A stretch of DNA of 64,000 bases, from assembly GCF_009914755.1 (NCBI RefSeq), contig NC_060926.1; one strand, given 5' to 3'. Shown piece after piece: positions 29,075 to 44,977 of the stretch; the first letter of the stretch is position 1, and every line of letters starts with the position of its first letter. Made by a program: the position numbers and the translations under genes. The notes under the pieces were generated by a model. That model did not search any database, was not told where the DNA came from, and saw nothing but the letters and a program-made list of their open reading frames with translations. The DNA comes from the human T2T-CHM13v2.0 reference genome, Homo sapiens.

Positions 29075-30767
29075 CATGAGATCTGTTTTTAGTAAATCCC
29101 CAAAGGCTAGATTGGCTTATTTAATTTTTGTTTCAGCAACTTTGATGACCTGAACAGGATTCTCAGCGATTGACTAAGAGGATATTTTAAGGACAACACC
29201 ATGTATTTCACTCAAAAGCTTTGTGCCCTGCCAACCATCAATCAGTGTCCGAGTCACCTCAATCTCCCCCTTCTTAGGGTGAATTTTCTATAAACCTCCT
29301 TCCCCTCAGAGGCTGGGCCAAGTTGGTTCCTCCTTTTTGAAAGTATATTTTCTCTATGGAAGCCTGAGAAGCTTCAGTGTAGAGCAGGGTCGGGTGGCAC
29401 TCAGTGTGGATGCAAACCAAATTCCTACCGCGACATGTTGGACCTTCTTTTTTTTAAAACAAGTGAAGCAATTTAAATGATTTGCTGTTTTGTTTTCATG
29501 GCTGAATGTACACATGTCCTGGAGAGCCAATGTAAGCATTTAATACAGATCATAGGTTCCTTAGGGAAATATCAACAAAACTAAACATTTGAACAATTAC
29601 ATGAAAAAATTTTAGTTGGGCATCTGCATCCTATTCAAAATATGTGGGGGAGCTTCTCCATTTCCATTTTTTTCCAAAGACAGACTTTTGCAATATGAGT
29701 ATTAGTATTATGTGCTTGGCTTCTGATATAAATGAACATAGACAAGACTCTATATTATAACCAGCTACCTGGGTCTAATAAATTGCCACAGAAATTGTTC
29801 TCCCTTCCCCTCTCCAGCACTGCTTGTCATTTTTACTTCTTCCTTCTACTTGTTTTTCCACCAGCTAATGCCTGGGCCTACTATATGTAGAAGAAAGTGA
29901 CTAAAACAAACAAAAAAAAGTTTTTTATCTCACATAAGCAGAGTTTGAAGATTACTGGTTTTGCCCAAGTGTCAACATAGTCTGAGGTTCTCTGTCTTTT
30001 CCTTGTGTTTATCAGACACTGGTGATCCTTGGCTCTTCGTTTATATTTGAGAGTGAGCTGCTGCATACCTGACTGATGGAACGCTCTGGGAATTGTAAGG
30101 GGGTAGGAAAAGACAGGTGCCATCATTACTCTTTTTTTAATCTAGAAAAACAAAAGTCTGCCTAGGAGCCCTTTTGCAAACTTCTGCCCAAAGTCTCTTT
30201 GGCCAGAATATATCACATGAGTGTGCCTGCTGAGGCGAGGCTGGGGTCATGAGCTTTTCTGCTTCTTTTGGAGAGAGGACAAAGGAGCTGTGTCTGCGCA
30301 CACCCTATTAGCCACCCTTTCCCTAGGTTTTCTCCCCATCTTTGGCATGATTTATCTCTAGGTCAGTAGCTGGACAGCAGGTGACAGAAAATAGAATGGA
30401 GGTGTTTCTCCATTGTTACCCCTCCATTTTTTCCCCACCCAGTGCTGTTGGTGGCTCCACCAACTGCAGCCCTGGTTTATGGCAGCTGATCCAGCCCGAC
30501 GGGCTTACTCAGAGGCTCTTTCGTTTACTACTTGAGGAATACTATACTGGCTCATGTGGTAACATTACCAGGAGTCTCCACATCAGTTTTTTTTTTCCCA
30601 GAAATGTAGAGGAACCCCACTTCGAATATTTTGCGTGTCCAGAGACTGCATCAATATCTGCATGTCTTTGTCTTTCCTTCAGGAATGAACTGAAAAAAAT
30701 GAAAGTTAATTAATAGAAGGGAGCTTCTTTCACCCCATGTCCTTAAGCTGACTTAACAACAAATCTA

Positions 30768-31160
<393 letters not shown>

Positions 31161-31944
31161 AAGAAAAAAATAGGCCATTTTCTGGAACCTGTGGGAAGAA
31201 GATACAAAGTGAATTGGAGAGCTATTTCAGGATGAAGAAACATCCTCAGCGGGTATAGCAAGCTCAGCCCCACCATGATTCTTGCTCCCTTAAATCCTGC
31301 CACCAGTCCTCCCACTTCATGAATTCTTGCCCTGGGTCCCAGGACCACCTTCAGCAACTTGAACATGAGGTGGACCCCCCTTTCACTTCCAGGAAGGTAA
31401 GGGTCAGGGAGATACCTGATGACATAGGAAGTGGGTACAAAGGTGTATTCCTGATATCCCAAGTTGGACCCTTGTGAACACATTCCCATACGAACACTAT
31501 CGCTAGAAATGGCTAAGGCTTACAGCATGATTAGTAGAGAAATGTCTGCAGAGAACGGAGTTGCAGGACAATGTTTTTAAAGTTTTCACCAATTACCTTG
31601 TCATTGAACGTGATTCATTTACACGTTGTGACCACATATAAGCTAATTCTGCTTCTGTCACTAATATCTTGAAAGTATTCTCACTATTCTTATTTATTTT
31701 CATTGCGTTTTGGGGGAGGAGTCTGTGGAAAGTTGATGTCAATAGCTGTAGAAAGGTCTTTGCTCTTGCCTGAAGTTAAGGTTGCATGTTATTTTTTAAA
31801 ATGCTGCTTCAATGCAGGATACATAGTTGGTAAGTCATTTATTTTATGGCAACTGTACAGAGGTCCAAGTATAGAATGTTTTTCAAGAAGGTTGAATGGT
31901 AATAATGTTATGATGAAAATGGCTAGTAATAAAAGCCATTCCCT

Positions 31945-32349
31945 CAGCAAGTCATAGGTCCTTGTGTGTGACTAATAGTGGCAAATAGAATAGACTAAAT
32001 TATGATGAAATAAAGTACTCAACAATCTTAATGGCTTACAACAACATAGGTTTATTGTATGTCATGACATCCACACTGTATATCATGAATGGGTTGTGGG
32101 TCTGTTTGATGTCATTGTCACCGTGGGATCCTAGTGCCTGGAGAAAGTCCTACCTGGGATGTTGCTCATCTCATAGGGGAGGGAAAAGAGAGAGATGGTG
32201 AAGAACAAGCTGGCTCTTATAACTTCCACCTACATTTAATTGGCCAAAGCAGAACACATCACCATTCCTGAGTTCAACAGGACAGTGATGCCTAATCCTG
32301 GCACAGGAATGGCAGTGACTATTTTTGAACAATAATAGGACCTACCACA
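31945..32349 (-). mobile_element. Old MLT1 LTR ending 24 nt before exon 2
   Basis: aatggcttacaacaacataggtttatt...attggccaaagca...aataataggacctaccaca. Confidence 0.65.
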
Positions 32350-32373
32350 CTAAGATTGTGACTGTATTCTTAG

Positions 32374-32538
<165 letters not shown>

Positions 32539-35319
32539 TAACAAAAATGAACTACATCTCTGTAGGTTGAAGAATTTTGCTTCACTGCTTATTAAGTCAC
32601 AGTAGTTTGGCAGATGAGATGGATATTTGCAAAAGAACTGAGAAATAATTTTCATTTGAGCATCACTTAGAAAACATTTGCAAAATGAAGAGTTGTCGTT
32701 CTGTGATAGAGCTAGAGCTACTATCACTTTTTTCCTAAACAGATATTTAAAATGTGTTAATTAGGTATACAAACTTTGGTATTCTGTTCACTTGATTAAA
32801 AACAAACATGTAATTTTTCATGTAATAAAAAAAGATTTGTTCTCATTTTAAAATAAAAAGAGACATATTAAGGTTAAAAGCTAAAATGTTGCTTCATGCC
32901 ATTAATTTGGTCATTTTCTTCTCCCATATTTATTATAAATTAAAAGGGGTTTTTGAAGTCTTTAAAAATTTTATAATTTAGAATGAGATACTAAACAACA
33001 ATTTTTTTCCCCTAGTGCTTCTAAAGAAGTTATTAAAAGTTGGATTATCAATGGCCTGCAGAATCTGTGGGCTTAAGCAGCCAATTGAGAATTTACTGGT
33101 GTGATTTTTTAAAAATTACATATATATTTCCTGAGTGTCTCTCAGGAAAGATATCAAAATTAGTATAGTTGGTATAATACCCATGGAATAAATAACCCTT
33201 TAGCAGTTAAAGATTAAATTTGGTTCAAATGTTGAGCATGTTGGTAACACAATAGGAATATTTATTATGACTTTAAAAATTTTCTAAAAACATGAATATA
33301 TTGCCTCCATGCTGACTTTAATAATTAGTTCACTATAATAGAATTAACATTTAACATTTTTATGCATATAAAATATGCATATAAACATATATGCATACAT
33401 ATTTTATATGCATGTATATATTATGTACCTAATTATCACACTTTAAATATTTAACATATTTTATCACTTGTTTCTACATAACAAGAAAAGGTTTATGAAA
33501 AATCCATATTAAAATAAACAACAATTAAAAAGTCAGTGGTCCTCACTTATCACACATTGGCCTCATCTTTACCTAATAAGAAGAAATATATTTAAAATTG
33601 GAGTGGTTAATAAATGCTTGTTAACTAGTCTATTCTTTTTCCTTTTTTTATATTTTATTTTTAATTGACAAATAATTGTATATATTTATGGGGTAAATGT
33701 GACGCTATGATGCATGCATACATTGTAGAATTATTGTATCAGGCTAATTAACATATCCGTCACCTCACATACTTATTTCCTTGTGGCAAAAAGATTTAAA
33801 ATTAGTCTTTTAAGAATTTTGAAATATACAATACGTTATTATTAATTATAGTCAAGGTACTTTGCAGTGGATGGCTAGAACTTATACCTCTTCTTAAACT
33901 GGAGCTTTGTACTCTGACGAACAATCTCTTCTTTCCCTGTCCACCTCCTCACCTTTACCCAGCCTTTGTTAACTACTGTTCTACATTCCACTTCTATGAG
34001 TTTGACTTTTTAAGATTTACATATAAGTAAAATCATGCTATTTGTTTTTCCATGCCTGGCTTATTTCCCTATTGATGGGCATTTAGGTTGTTTCTATATC
34101 TTGGCTATTGTGAATAGTGGTACAGTGAACACAGGAGTGCATATATCCCTTTAACATACTGATTTCAATTCCTTGGGATATGTACCCAGAAGTGGGATTG
34201 CTGGATCCTATGGCAGTTCTACTTTTAGTGTTTTGCAGAACCTCCATGCTGTTCTCCAAAATGGCTATACTAATTTGCATTCCCATCAACTATGTACGGG
34301 GGTTCCCTTTTCTCAATACCCTTGCCAGCTTGTTATCTTTCATCTTTTTGATAGTAGCCATTCTAACAGGTGTGAGGTTTTCTCACCGTGGTTTTAATTT
34401 GTATTTCCCTGATGATTTGTGATGTTGAGTATTTTTTTAATGTATCAAGTTGGCCATTTGTATGTCTTCATTTGAGGAATGTCTATTCCGGTTTTTGTCC
34501 ATGTTTAAAAAATAAGGTTGTTTTCTTGTTATTGAGTAGTTTGAGTTTCTTGTATATTTTGAATATTAGTCCTTTATCAGATGTATGATTTGCAAATATC
34601 TTTTGCCAGTCTGTGAGTTGTCTCTTCATTCTGTTGATTGTTTTGATTGCTGTGCAGAAGACTTTTAGTTTGATGCATTTCTATTTGTCTATTTTTGCTT
34701 TTGTTGCCTGTGCTTTGGGAGTCATATCCAAGAAATCATTGCTGAGACCAATGTCAAAGAGGTTTTCCCTCGTGTTTTCTTCTAGTAGTTTTAGTTTCAG
34801 GTCTTATGTTTTACATCTGTCTTTAATCCATTCTGAGTTGATTCTAGTATATGGGGTGAAATAAGGGCCCAATTTCATTCTTCTGTATGTGGATAGTCAG
34901 TTTTCCTAATACTTGGTTAAAGAGACTGTCCTTTCCCCATTGTGTATTCTTGGCACCTTTGTTGAAAATCAATTGACCATAAATGCATGGGTTTATTTCT
35001 GGGCTATCTATTCTATTTCATTGGACAATGTGTCTTTTTGTGCTGCTACTATGCTCTCTTTATTACTATAGCTTTGTAATATATTTGAAATTAGCTAATG
35101 CAATGCCTCCACCTTTGTTATTTTTGCTCAAGATTGATTTGGCTATTTTGGGGGTCTTTTGTGGTTCCATATGAATTTTCAGGTTTTTCTATTTCTATGA
35201 AGAATGACATTGGGATTTTAATAGGGATTGCCCTGAATCTGTAGATGGCTTTGGGTAGTATAGACATTTTAACAGTATTAATTCTTCTAATCCATAAACC
35301 TGGGATATCTTTCAGTTTA

Positions 35320-35688
35320 CAGTCATGTGGCACATAAGGACATTTCAGTCAGTGACAGAGTGTATATTAGTGGTGGTCCCATAAGATTGTAATGGAGCTG
35401 AAAAATTCCTATCATCTGGTGATGTCATAGCTATGGTAATGTTGCAGTGCAAGGCATCACTTTTTCTATGTTTAGATATACAAATACCATTGTTTTACAG
35501 TTGCCCGCAGTATGCAATATGGTAACATGGTATACCGGTTTATAGCCCAGGAGATATAGCCTAGGTACGGAGAGGGCTATACCATCTATGTTTGTGTAAA
35601 TATACTCTATGATGTTCGTACAGTGACAAAATCACCTAACAACACATATCTCAGAATGTATCCCTGTCATTACATAACTCATTACTGT
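35320..35688 (+). mobile_element. Tigger3/MER7-type DNA transposon
   Basis: ta-cagtcatgtggcacataagg...cattactg-ta; ggtggtcccataagatt motif. Confidence 0.8.
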
Positions 35689-36394
35689 ATTTGTGTCATC
35701 CTCAATTTGTTTCATCAGCCTTTTAGAGTTTTTATTGTACAGATCTTTCACCTCCTTGGTTAAACTTATTCCTGAGTCCTTTTTTGGTGCTATTGTAAAT
35801 GGGATTATTTTCTTAATTTCTTTTTCAGATAGTTCATTGTTAGTGAATAGAAATGCTACTGATTTTTGTATGTTGATTTTGTATCCTGCAACTTTACTGA
35901 ATTCATTTATTGTAATCGTTTTTTGGTAGAGTCTTTAGGGTTTTCTGTACATGAGATTTTGTATGTCTTCAACAAAAAGAGACAATTTCACTTCCTCCTT
36001 TCCTGTTTGGATTTCTTTTATTTCTTTTTCTTTTCTAATTGCTTTGGCTAGGACTTACAACAGTACATTGAATAGAATTGGTGAGAGTGGGCATCCTTAT
36101 TTCAGTCCTGATCAGAAGCTTTCAGCTTCTCACCGTTGAGCATGATGTTAGCTGTAGGCTTATCATATATGGCGTTTATTATGTTGAGGTACGTTCCTTC
36201 TATACCTGATTTGTTGAGAGTTTTTATTATGAAACATTGTTGAATTTTGTTAAATGCTTTCTCTACATCTATTGAGATGATTATATAATTTTTATCCTTC
36301 ATTCTGTTAATACAGTGGATCACATTTATTGATTTGTGCGTGTTGAACTGTTGTTGCATCTCAAGGATGAATCTCACTTGATCATGGTGAATGA

Positions 36395-36724
<330 letters not shown>

Positions 36725-37774
36725 CTAGTGTTTTTATTGATAATTTTTGCATCTGTGTTCAGGAATATTGAACTGTAATTTTCTTTTCTTTTAGTGTGTT
36801 TGTCTGCCTTTAATTTCAGGGTAATGCTGGCCTTGTAAAACGAATTTGATGTATTCCCTCCTCTTCAATTTTTGACAGTTTGAAAAGAATGGGTATTCTG
36901 CATTAAATGTTTGGTTGAAATTCACAGTGATGCCATCTGGTACTGGGTTTTTATTTGATAGGAGGAAACTTTTTGTTTATTACTGATTCAATCTTCTTAC
37001 TCTTTATTGGCCTATTCAGATTTTCAGTTTCTTCATTATTCAGTCTTGGTAGGTTACATATTTCTAGGAATTTGTCCATTTCTTCTAGGTTATCCAGTGT
37101 GTTCTCATTTTGCTGTGTGGTTATTCTGAGGATTACAAAAAACACAGTAGGCTATTTTAAGGTGATAACAACTTAATTTTTACTGCATGGCTGAACTCCA
37201 CACTTTTACTCTCCCTGCTCCCACTATTTATGTTCTTAATGTGATAAATTACATGTTTTTATAATGTGTATCCCTTAGCAAATTATTGTAGCTATAGTTG
37301 TTTTTATTAGTTTCGTCTTTTAACCTGTATACTAGAGATATAATTGATTAATAACCTGCTATTACAGCATTAGAGTGATTTGAATTTGACAGTACTTTTA
37401 TTAGTGATTTTTATGCTTTCTGATATTTTCTTTTATTAATTAGTATCCTTTACCTTCAGCTTGAAGAACTTTCTTTAGTTTTTCTTGTAAAGTAGTGGCA
37501 ATAAACTCTTTCACCTTTTGTTTGTCTGAGAAAGTCTTCATTGCCTCTTTGTTTTTGAAAGATAGCATTGCTGAGATAGTATTCTTGGTTGACAGTTTTA
37601 TTTTTCTTTTGGGATTTTGACTATATATTCTACTTTCTTCTTGCCTACTAGGTTTCTGTTGAAAACTTCATCGATAGTCTAGTATGGGTTCTCTTGTATG
37701 TAACAAGCTACTTTTCCCTTGATGCTTTTAAAACTCTTTGTCTTTAACTTTTGACAATTTGATGATAATGTGTC

Positions 37775-40233
37775 TGTGTTAGTCCATTGTGCATTGCTAT
37801 AAAGGAATACTTGAGACTGGGTAATTTATAAAGAAAAGAGATATATTTGGTTCATAGTTCTGCAGGCTGTAAAAACATGGTGCCAGCAACTACTCAACTT
37901 CTGTTGAGGCCTCAGGACGCTTACAATCATGGTGGAAGGCAAAGGGGGAGTAGGTGAGTCACATGGTGAGAGAGGGAGCAAGAGAGAGGAGGAGGTACCA
38001 GGCCCCTTTAAACAACCAGTGTGAACTAACAGAGTGAGAACTCACTCATTACCATGGGGAGGGCACCAAGCCGTTCATGAGGGATCTGCCCCTATGACCT
38101 AACAGCTCCCACCAGGCCTTACCTCCAACAATGGAGATCACATTTCAACATGAAATTTGGAGGGGACAAACATCCAAACTATATCATTCCACCCTTGGAC
38201 CCCAAATCTTGTTCTTCTCGCACTGCAAAATATAATTATCACTTCTCAATAGTACACTAAAGGCTTATTCCAGCGTTAATTCAGAAGTCCCAAGTCTCAA
38301 TTCCAAAGTCTCATCTGAGACTCAAGGCAAGTTCTTTCTACCTGTGAACCTGTAAGACAAAAAGAAAGTTATTTACTTCCAAGATACAATGTGGTACAAA
38401 CATTGGGTAAATATTCCCATTCCTAAAGGAAGAAATTGGCTAAAAGAAAGGAGCAATGGGTCCCACACTTTAAAGCTCCAAAACAATCTTTGACTCTCTG
38501 TCCCATATCCTGGGCACACTGGTATGCCAGATGGGCCCCCAAGGCTTTGAACAGCTCTGTCCCTCTGGCTTTGCATGTTGCAGCCTCCATGGCTGCTCTC
38601 AAGGGCTGGAGTTGAGTGCCTGTGGCTTTTATAGGCTCAGGGTGAAAGCTGCCAGTGGCTGTGTCCTTCTGGGGTCTGGAGAGTGGGTTCATTCCCACAG
38701 CTCCCCTGAGCAGTGCCTCCAGGTGGACTGTTTGTGGGGACTCCAGTCCCACATTTCCCTTCAGTGCTGCCCTAGCAGAAGCCTGTTGCAGGAGGAGAGC
38801 CTTTGCAGAGAGCTTCTGCATGGGTACCCAGGCTTTCTCATGCATCCTCTGAAATCCAGGTGGAAGCTGCCAGGCCTCCTTCATTCTTGCATTCTGCATG
38901 CCTGCAAGCTTAGCACCACATGGAAACTACAAAGGCTTATGGCCTATGTCCTCTGAAGCAGTGACCTGAGCTGTATCTGGGGCCCTTTGAGCCATGGTGA
39001 GAGCTAAAGCAGCCAGGATGTGGGGAGCATTCCTGAGGTGGTGCAGGGTGGTGACACCAAGTCCCCAAAACCATTCTTTCATCCTAGGCCTCTGGGCCTG
39101 TGATAAGAGGGGCTGCTTCAAATATTTCTGAAATGCCTTCAGAGCCTTTTTCCCATTGCGTTGGCTATTAGCATTTGGCTTCCTTTTAGTCATGCTAATC
39201 TCTCTAGCAAATGGTTGCTCCACAGGCCACTTGAATTCCTTTCCTGAAAATGTTCTTTCATTCTCTACCACATGGCTAGGCTGTAAATTTTCCAAATTTT
39301 TATACTGTACTTCTCTTTTCAATATACGTTTCAACCTTAAGTCATTTCTTTGCTCCTATATCTTATTGTAGACTGTTAAGAGCAGCTACATCACTTCTGG
39401 AACATTTTACTGCTTACAGATTTCTTCTGCTGGATACCCTAGGACATCACTCTTAAATCCAGATTTCCACAGATCCCTAAGGGCACGGACACATTGCAGC
39501 CAAGTTCTTTGCTAGGGTGTCACGTGAGTGACCTTTACTCTTATTTTCCAATAACTTCCTCATTTTCATCTGAGACCTCATCAGCCTGTCCTCTGTCTAT
39601 ATTTCTGTCATCTAAGACCTCATCAGTATGTCCTCTGTCTATATTTCTGTCAGCATTTTCATCACAAGCACTTAAGTCTCTAAGAAGTTCCACTTTCCCT
39701 CGTTTTCCTGTTTTCTTCTGAGCCCTCCAAACTCTTCCAATCTCTGCCCATTACCCAGTTCCAAAGCTGCTTTTACATTTTCAATTACCTTTTTAGCAAT
39801 GCCTCACTCTTTGTTACCAACATTCTGTGTTGCTTATTTTGTGTTGCTTATAAGGGAATACTTGAGGCTGGGTAATTTATAAAGAAAAGACAAATATTTG
39901 GCTCATAGTTTTCTGCAGGCTAAAAAGCATGGCACCAGCATCGGTTTACCTTCTGATGAGGGCCTCAGGAAGCTTACAATCCTGGTGGAAGGCAAAGGGG
40001 GAGCAGGTGAAGAAGAAGAAGTGAGAGAGGAAGTGAGAGAAAGAGGAGGAGATGCCAGGCTCCTTTAGATAGCCAGCTCTTGTGTGAACAAAAAGTGAGA
40101 ACTCACTCATTGCCAAGACATTCATGAGTGAGCTGCCCCATGACCCAAACAGCTCCCACCAGGCCTTACCTCCAACAATGGGTGTCACATTTCAACATGA
40201 GACTTGGAGGGAACAAACATCCACACTATGTAA
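37775..40233 (-). mobile_element. Full-length MSTB-like MaLR provirus (LTR 37775-38186, internal region, LTR 39826-40233)
   Basis: Two direct-repeat LTRs around a ~1.6 kb MaLR internal region; 5-bp TSD GTGTC at 37770-37774 and 40234-40238. Confidence 0.9.
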
Positions 40234-42507
40234 GTGTCTAAGTATGGGACTATGGAACTCTTGAGTTCATCTTATTTGTTGTCCTTTGGGTTTCTTGGAT
40301 CTGGATTTCTATGTCCTTCCCCAGGCTTGGGAAGTTTTTTTTTTATTATTATTATTTCTTTGAATATGTTTTCTGTTCCTTTCACTTTTCTTTCTGCAAT
40401 TTTGATGATGGCATATTGTTCTGTTGATGGTATCTCATAAGTTCCATAAGCTATCTTCACTCCTTTTCATTTTTTTTTTCTTTCTGCTCCTCACATTGGA
40501 TGATTTTCAGTTACCTGTCATCAGGTTTACTTATTCACTTCCACTTCATATAGTCTGCCATTGAACCCCTCTATTGAATTTTTTCATTTCTCTTATTGTA
40601 TTCTTTGGCTATATGATTTTTTAGGTACTTTTTTATACTTTCTTACTCTCTTTTGTTGAAATTCTGTTTGTTCTTGCATTATTCTCCTGACCTTGGGAGC
40701 ATCTTTATGACCATTATTTTGAATTCCCTCTTGGAAAAACCATATATCTCCATTTCAGTAGGATCAGTTTCTTGAGATTTATCTTATTCTTTTATTTGGA
40801 ACATATTTTCCTATTTCTTCATTTTTCTTTTAACTCGCCGTGTTGGTTTCTGTACATTAAGACAGTAACCTCTCCCAGTCTTGTCAAACTGGCCCTCATG
40901 TAGGAGATCTTACCAATTCGTACAGCCAGAAATTATAATGTATCTCTCAAATCTCTGTGTACAATCTGATATCTCTGTTTTTGGTGGCCCCAGAAGGTTA
41001 AGATGTGCCAAGTCTTGTTAGTACCATGAGAGCAGTAAGACAGTAGCCACGCTCTCTAGATGCAGCTGAAAATATTAGGGTGTTAGATGCATGTTCCAGT
41101 TCCTTCTATCCTCAGGGTGAAGCTGAGAGCAGGTATTTATCCCTTACTGCGCTAAAGCAGGCATTATTTATCTGCACTAAGGCAGGCATTTATCTCTCTC
41201 TACTCTAAGCCAGGGAGAAGCTCTGTGGCAAATACCTATACTACTGTCATTCAGACTACATCCTCTGAGGGTATGGCCACTGGGAGTGGGCCCGTTTTAT
41301 ATCTACCTCTTTGTTTTCTGTGGTCTAGAGAGACTTGGAAATGCAGAGCCAAATCAGCTCCCAGAGCTGGGTGGCTAAGGAGGTAGTCCTTATATGAGAG
41401 CTGTAGAAGTTATGTCACTAGATAAGTGGACAAACTACTTTTAGGAAGCTTCTGTAGACTTGGAGTTATCGCTGGGGCAAGCTAGGGGAGAAGTCTTGGC
41501 AAGTACCAAGCTCTCATTTAGGCTGCCAGAGGTGTATTGTTTGGCTGCCCCATTAACTCCCTGATGCAAGTTAGTTAGAAGCCAGACCATCGAGTATTCA
41601 CTGGAAGAATGTACAAAGAAATCCTTTTTAGTGAAAAATAGAACTGTGTGTTTCAGCACTTTCTCTGCACTGCTTCCAAGAGGTGTAGTCCCTGGAACTG
41701 CTTGCACTCCTGTTTAAAACCACCTCTTAGGATTGTGATCTGGGGAGATTCTCATATGAGACTCTTGTATTCCTAATCCTTTCTATTCCTAGAGCTAGGA
41801 GGTTTAAGATGCAGTCCCTCAAGTAGAAGTTATAAAAGTTGGGGTGCTTGATGCATGGAAAAACTTTTTCCAGGAGGAATTGGTAGACTGGAGTTATTGA
41901 TGGAGTGAGCCAGGGGAATAGGCTTGGGGGCTGCCAAGCTCCCGTTCAGGCTGCCAAAGGTTATGTTTGTCAGCCCAGTTAATTCCCTGATGCAGGCTTG
42001 TATGAAGCTCAACTGGTAACAGCAGCAGTTGACAGAGTACATTGGCAACCCCTTCCAGGCAGAAACTGGGAGCTTTGAGTTGTAGGCCCTTCTCTACCCT
42101 GATCCTGGGGTATGAAGCCTCTGTAAGTGCTTACACACCCATATATAATCACCTCTTTGTTCTGTGGTCTGGGGAGACTTGTGTATGCCTCTAATCCCTT
42201 CTGCTTCTAGAGGCAGGTGAATTAAAAGCCACACTGTGGGGAATCTTAGAGTTAGGGTGGTAAATATGAGGTCCAAACCCTTCTCTCCTCAGGGAGAGGA
42301 TAGGTGTTGGGGATACCTTCTTAATTGGATGGCACAGTGCCTGGGGTGGGGTTTGGACCTGAGTGTGCCTCAGCTTTTCCTACCTAGTCAATGTGGATAT
42401 TTTCTCAGTTGCCGGATACAGAAAAGTCTCTCAACTTGTTTCTGACTTTCTCTCAGAGGGAATTGATCTGTGTGTCAATTAATCAATTCTCAGAGGGAAT
42501 TGATTAG

Positions 42508-43172
<665 letters not shown>

Positions 43173-44824
43173 TGAGTCTAAGAGTTCTGAAGTATAAACA
43201 CACTGTTATGTGTTAGCTGGAGGAGGTAACAGACCTATGACGCGACTTTTAAAAATAGGTGATGTTGATATGAGGATTCTTGGCATTTGACATTTGGCAT
43301 GTTGATTTGAGGATTCTTGGCCTATGACATTTGCACTGATAACCTAAACCACTGTGTGCTATCTGTGATTGATTATTTGTACAACCCTTACCCCATACAA
43401 GTGATGGTGTGGGTCCAGAGGTATGAGATAGAGCCTGTGCTCTTCAGGAACTCATATGCTAGTTGGGAGAACAAGCTACAGCATGAGAAATTAAATAAGG
43501 AAAAAATAAGAGTATAGGAAATGTTACAGAATAGGATAGGACAAAAAGTGAATATTGCCGAGTAAGGGCTTTGTGTTCAGACATGTTTGAGAGGGTGAGG
43601 ATGCTCTATCTAGAATAGATTAGGCAGGCTTCAGGGAAGGGATAGGACCTTTAGAAGCAAGGTGTAGGGGTGAAGACATTTCAAGGAGCACACGCAGAGG
43701 CAGCAAAGAATAAGGACTACTTGGAAAAGAAACTAACAATGTTGTTCTCCCTTCATGTCTAGGCAATGTAATGGATGTTCAATGTGTTATTTTGTTTAAT
43801 CTTTGCAAAATCTTGTGAAGTAGGATATTATTATCCCCATTTTTTAACAATGATAGTACTGGGTCCCTGGGATAAATCAGTTGTCCAAGATCAGACATAC
43901 CTGTTGTCTTGTTGTTACCCGGGTTTGAACCTGGATCTTTCTACTCGGTACAGCTAGGAGAAATATATAAACTAGCCTTACAAGAGTGAGGATTTGTTTG
44001 TGGGAAATAAGTTGGATATTAGCTAGCAATGACATTATAGAGTATCTGAAAATCAGAAATAATTAGTAGTTGGGGTTGATCCTGTGGGGAGCGATTGAGA
44101 TTTTTGATATGGAAGTGACATAATGAAAACGGGAAAACAACTTTAGCAGTATTATAGGGTATTGAAAATAGGGAGAGAAATTGGAGGCAGGGAAACCAAT
44201 TAGGAATCCATTGCATTATTTGAGGCATGAGCCAAATTAGGTCTGATCTAGGGTTGTGGCATTTTGAAAGGAAAAAGGAACGTTCTGTAAAAAAAAGGTA
44301 TGCTCGAATATGGTACTGGGAGGGACTAAAGGCAGTAAAGAAGGCAAAGATGGCTCTGAGGTTTTACATCTGAGATTGTGGTGCCATTTATCTTAATAAG
44401 AAAGAGAATAAGTAGGGAAAGCTGTGTTTTTCATCCTCAACTTGTAAGCACGAATAATATTTGAAGCTGGAAAAATAGAGTTCTTTAAAAAATTAAGAAT
44501 ATACCGTGTAAGTAAAATGTCTGTCAATTACCAGATTGACCTCTAATTATTGAATTTTATATAGGAGGTGGGTGCGATTAATCACTGTTTATGATATAAA
44601 AGAGGAAATTATAGAAATCATGTATCAAAGTAATAAAATAACTTTCCTGTTAAGTAACTCCTGGTAATAATTACTTCAGACTTATAACAAGGAGTATTTA
44701 TAACCATATTAAAAATAGCATTTATAGGTTGCCAGAAAAAAACCTGATTTGATCTGATATACCTATAGACAATTTCTTCCTGTCATTTCAGATTATTTAG
44801 AATCTTTTCTCCTTCTACTTTTAG

Positions 44825-44977
<153 letters not shown>

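Noticed and set aside
33360-33425. ATGCATAT-rich palindromic stretch
   Set aside because: Low-complexity AT microsatellite decay.
38423-39334. 135-158-aa ORFs
   Set aside because: Remnants of the MaLR internal region.
41270-42450. Internal repeats with ~430-bp period
   Set aside because: Consistent with the tandem monomers of old L1 5' regions, not a new array.
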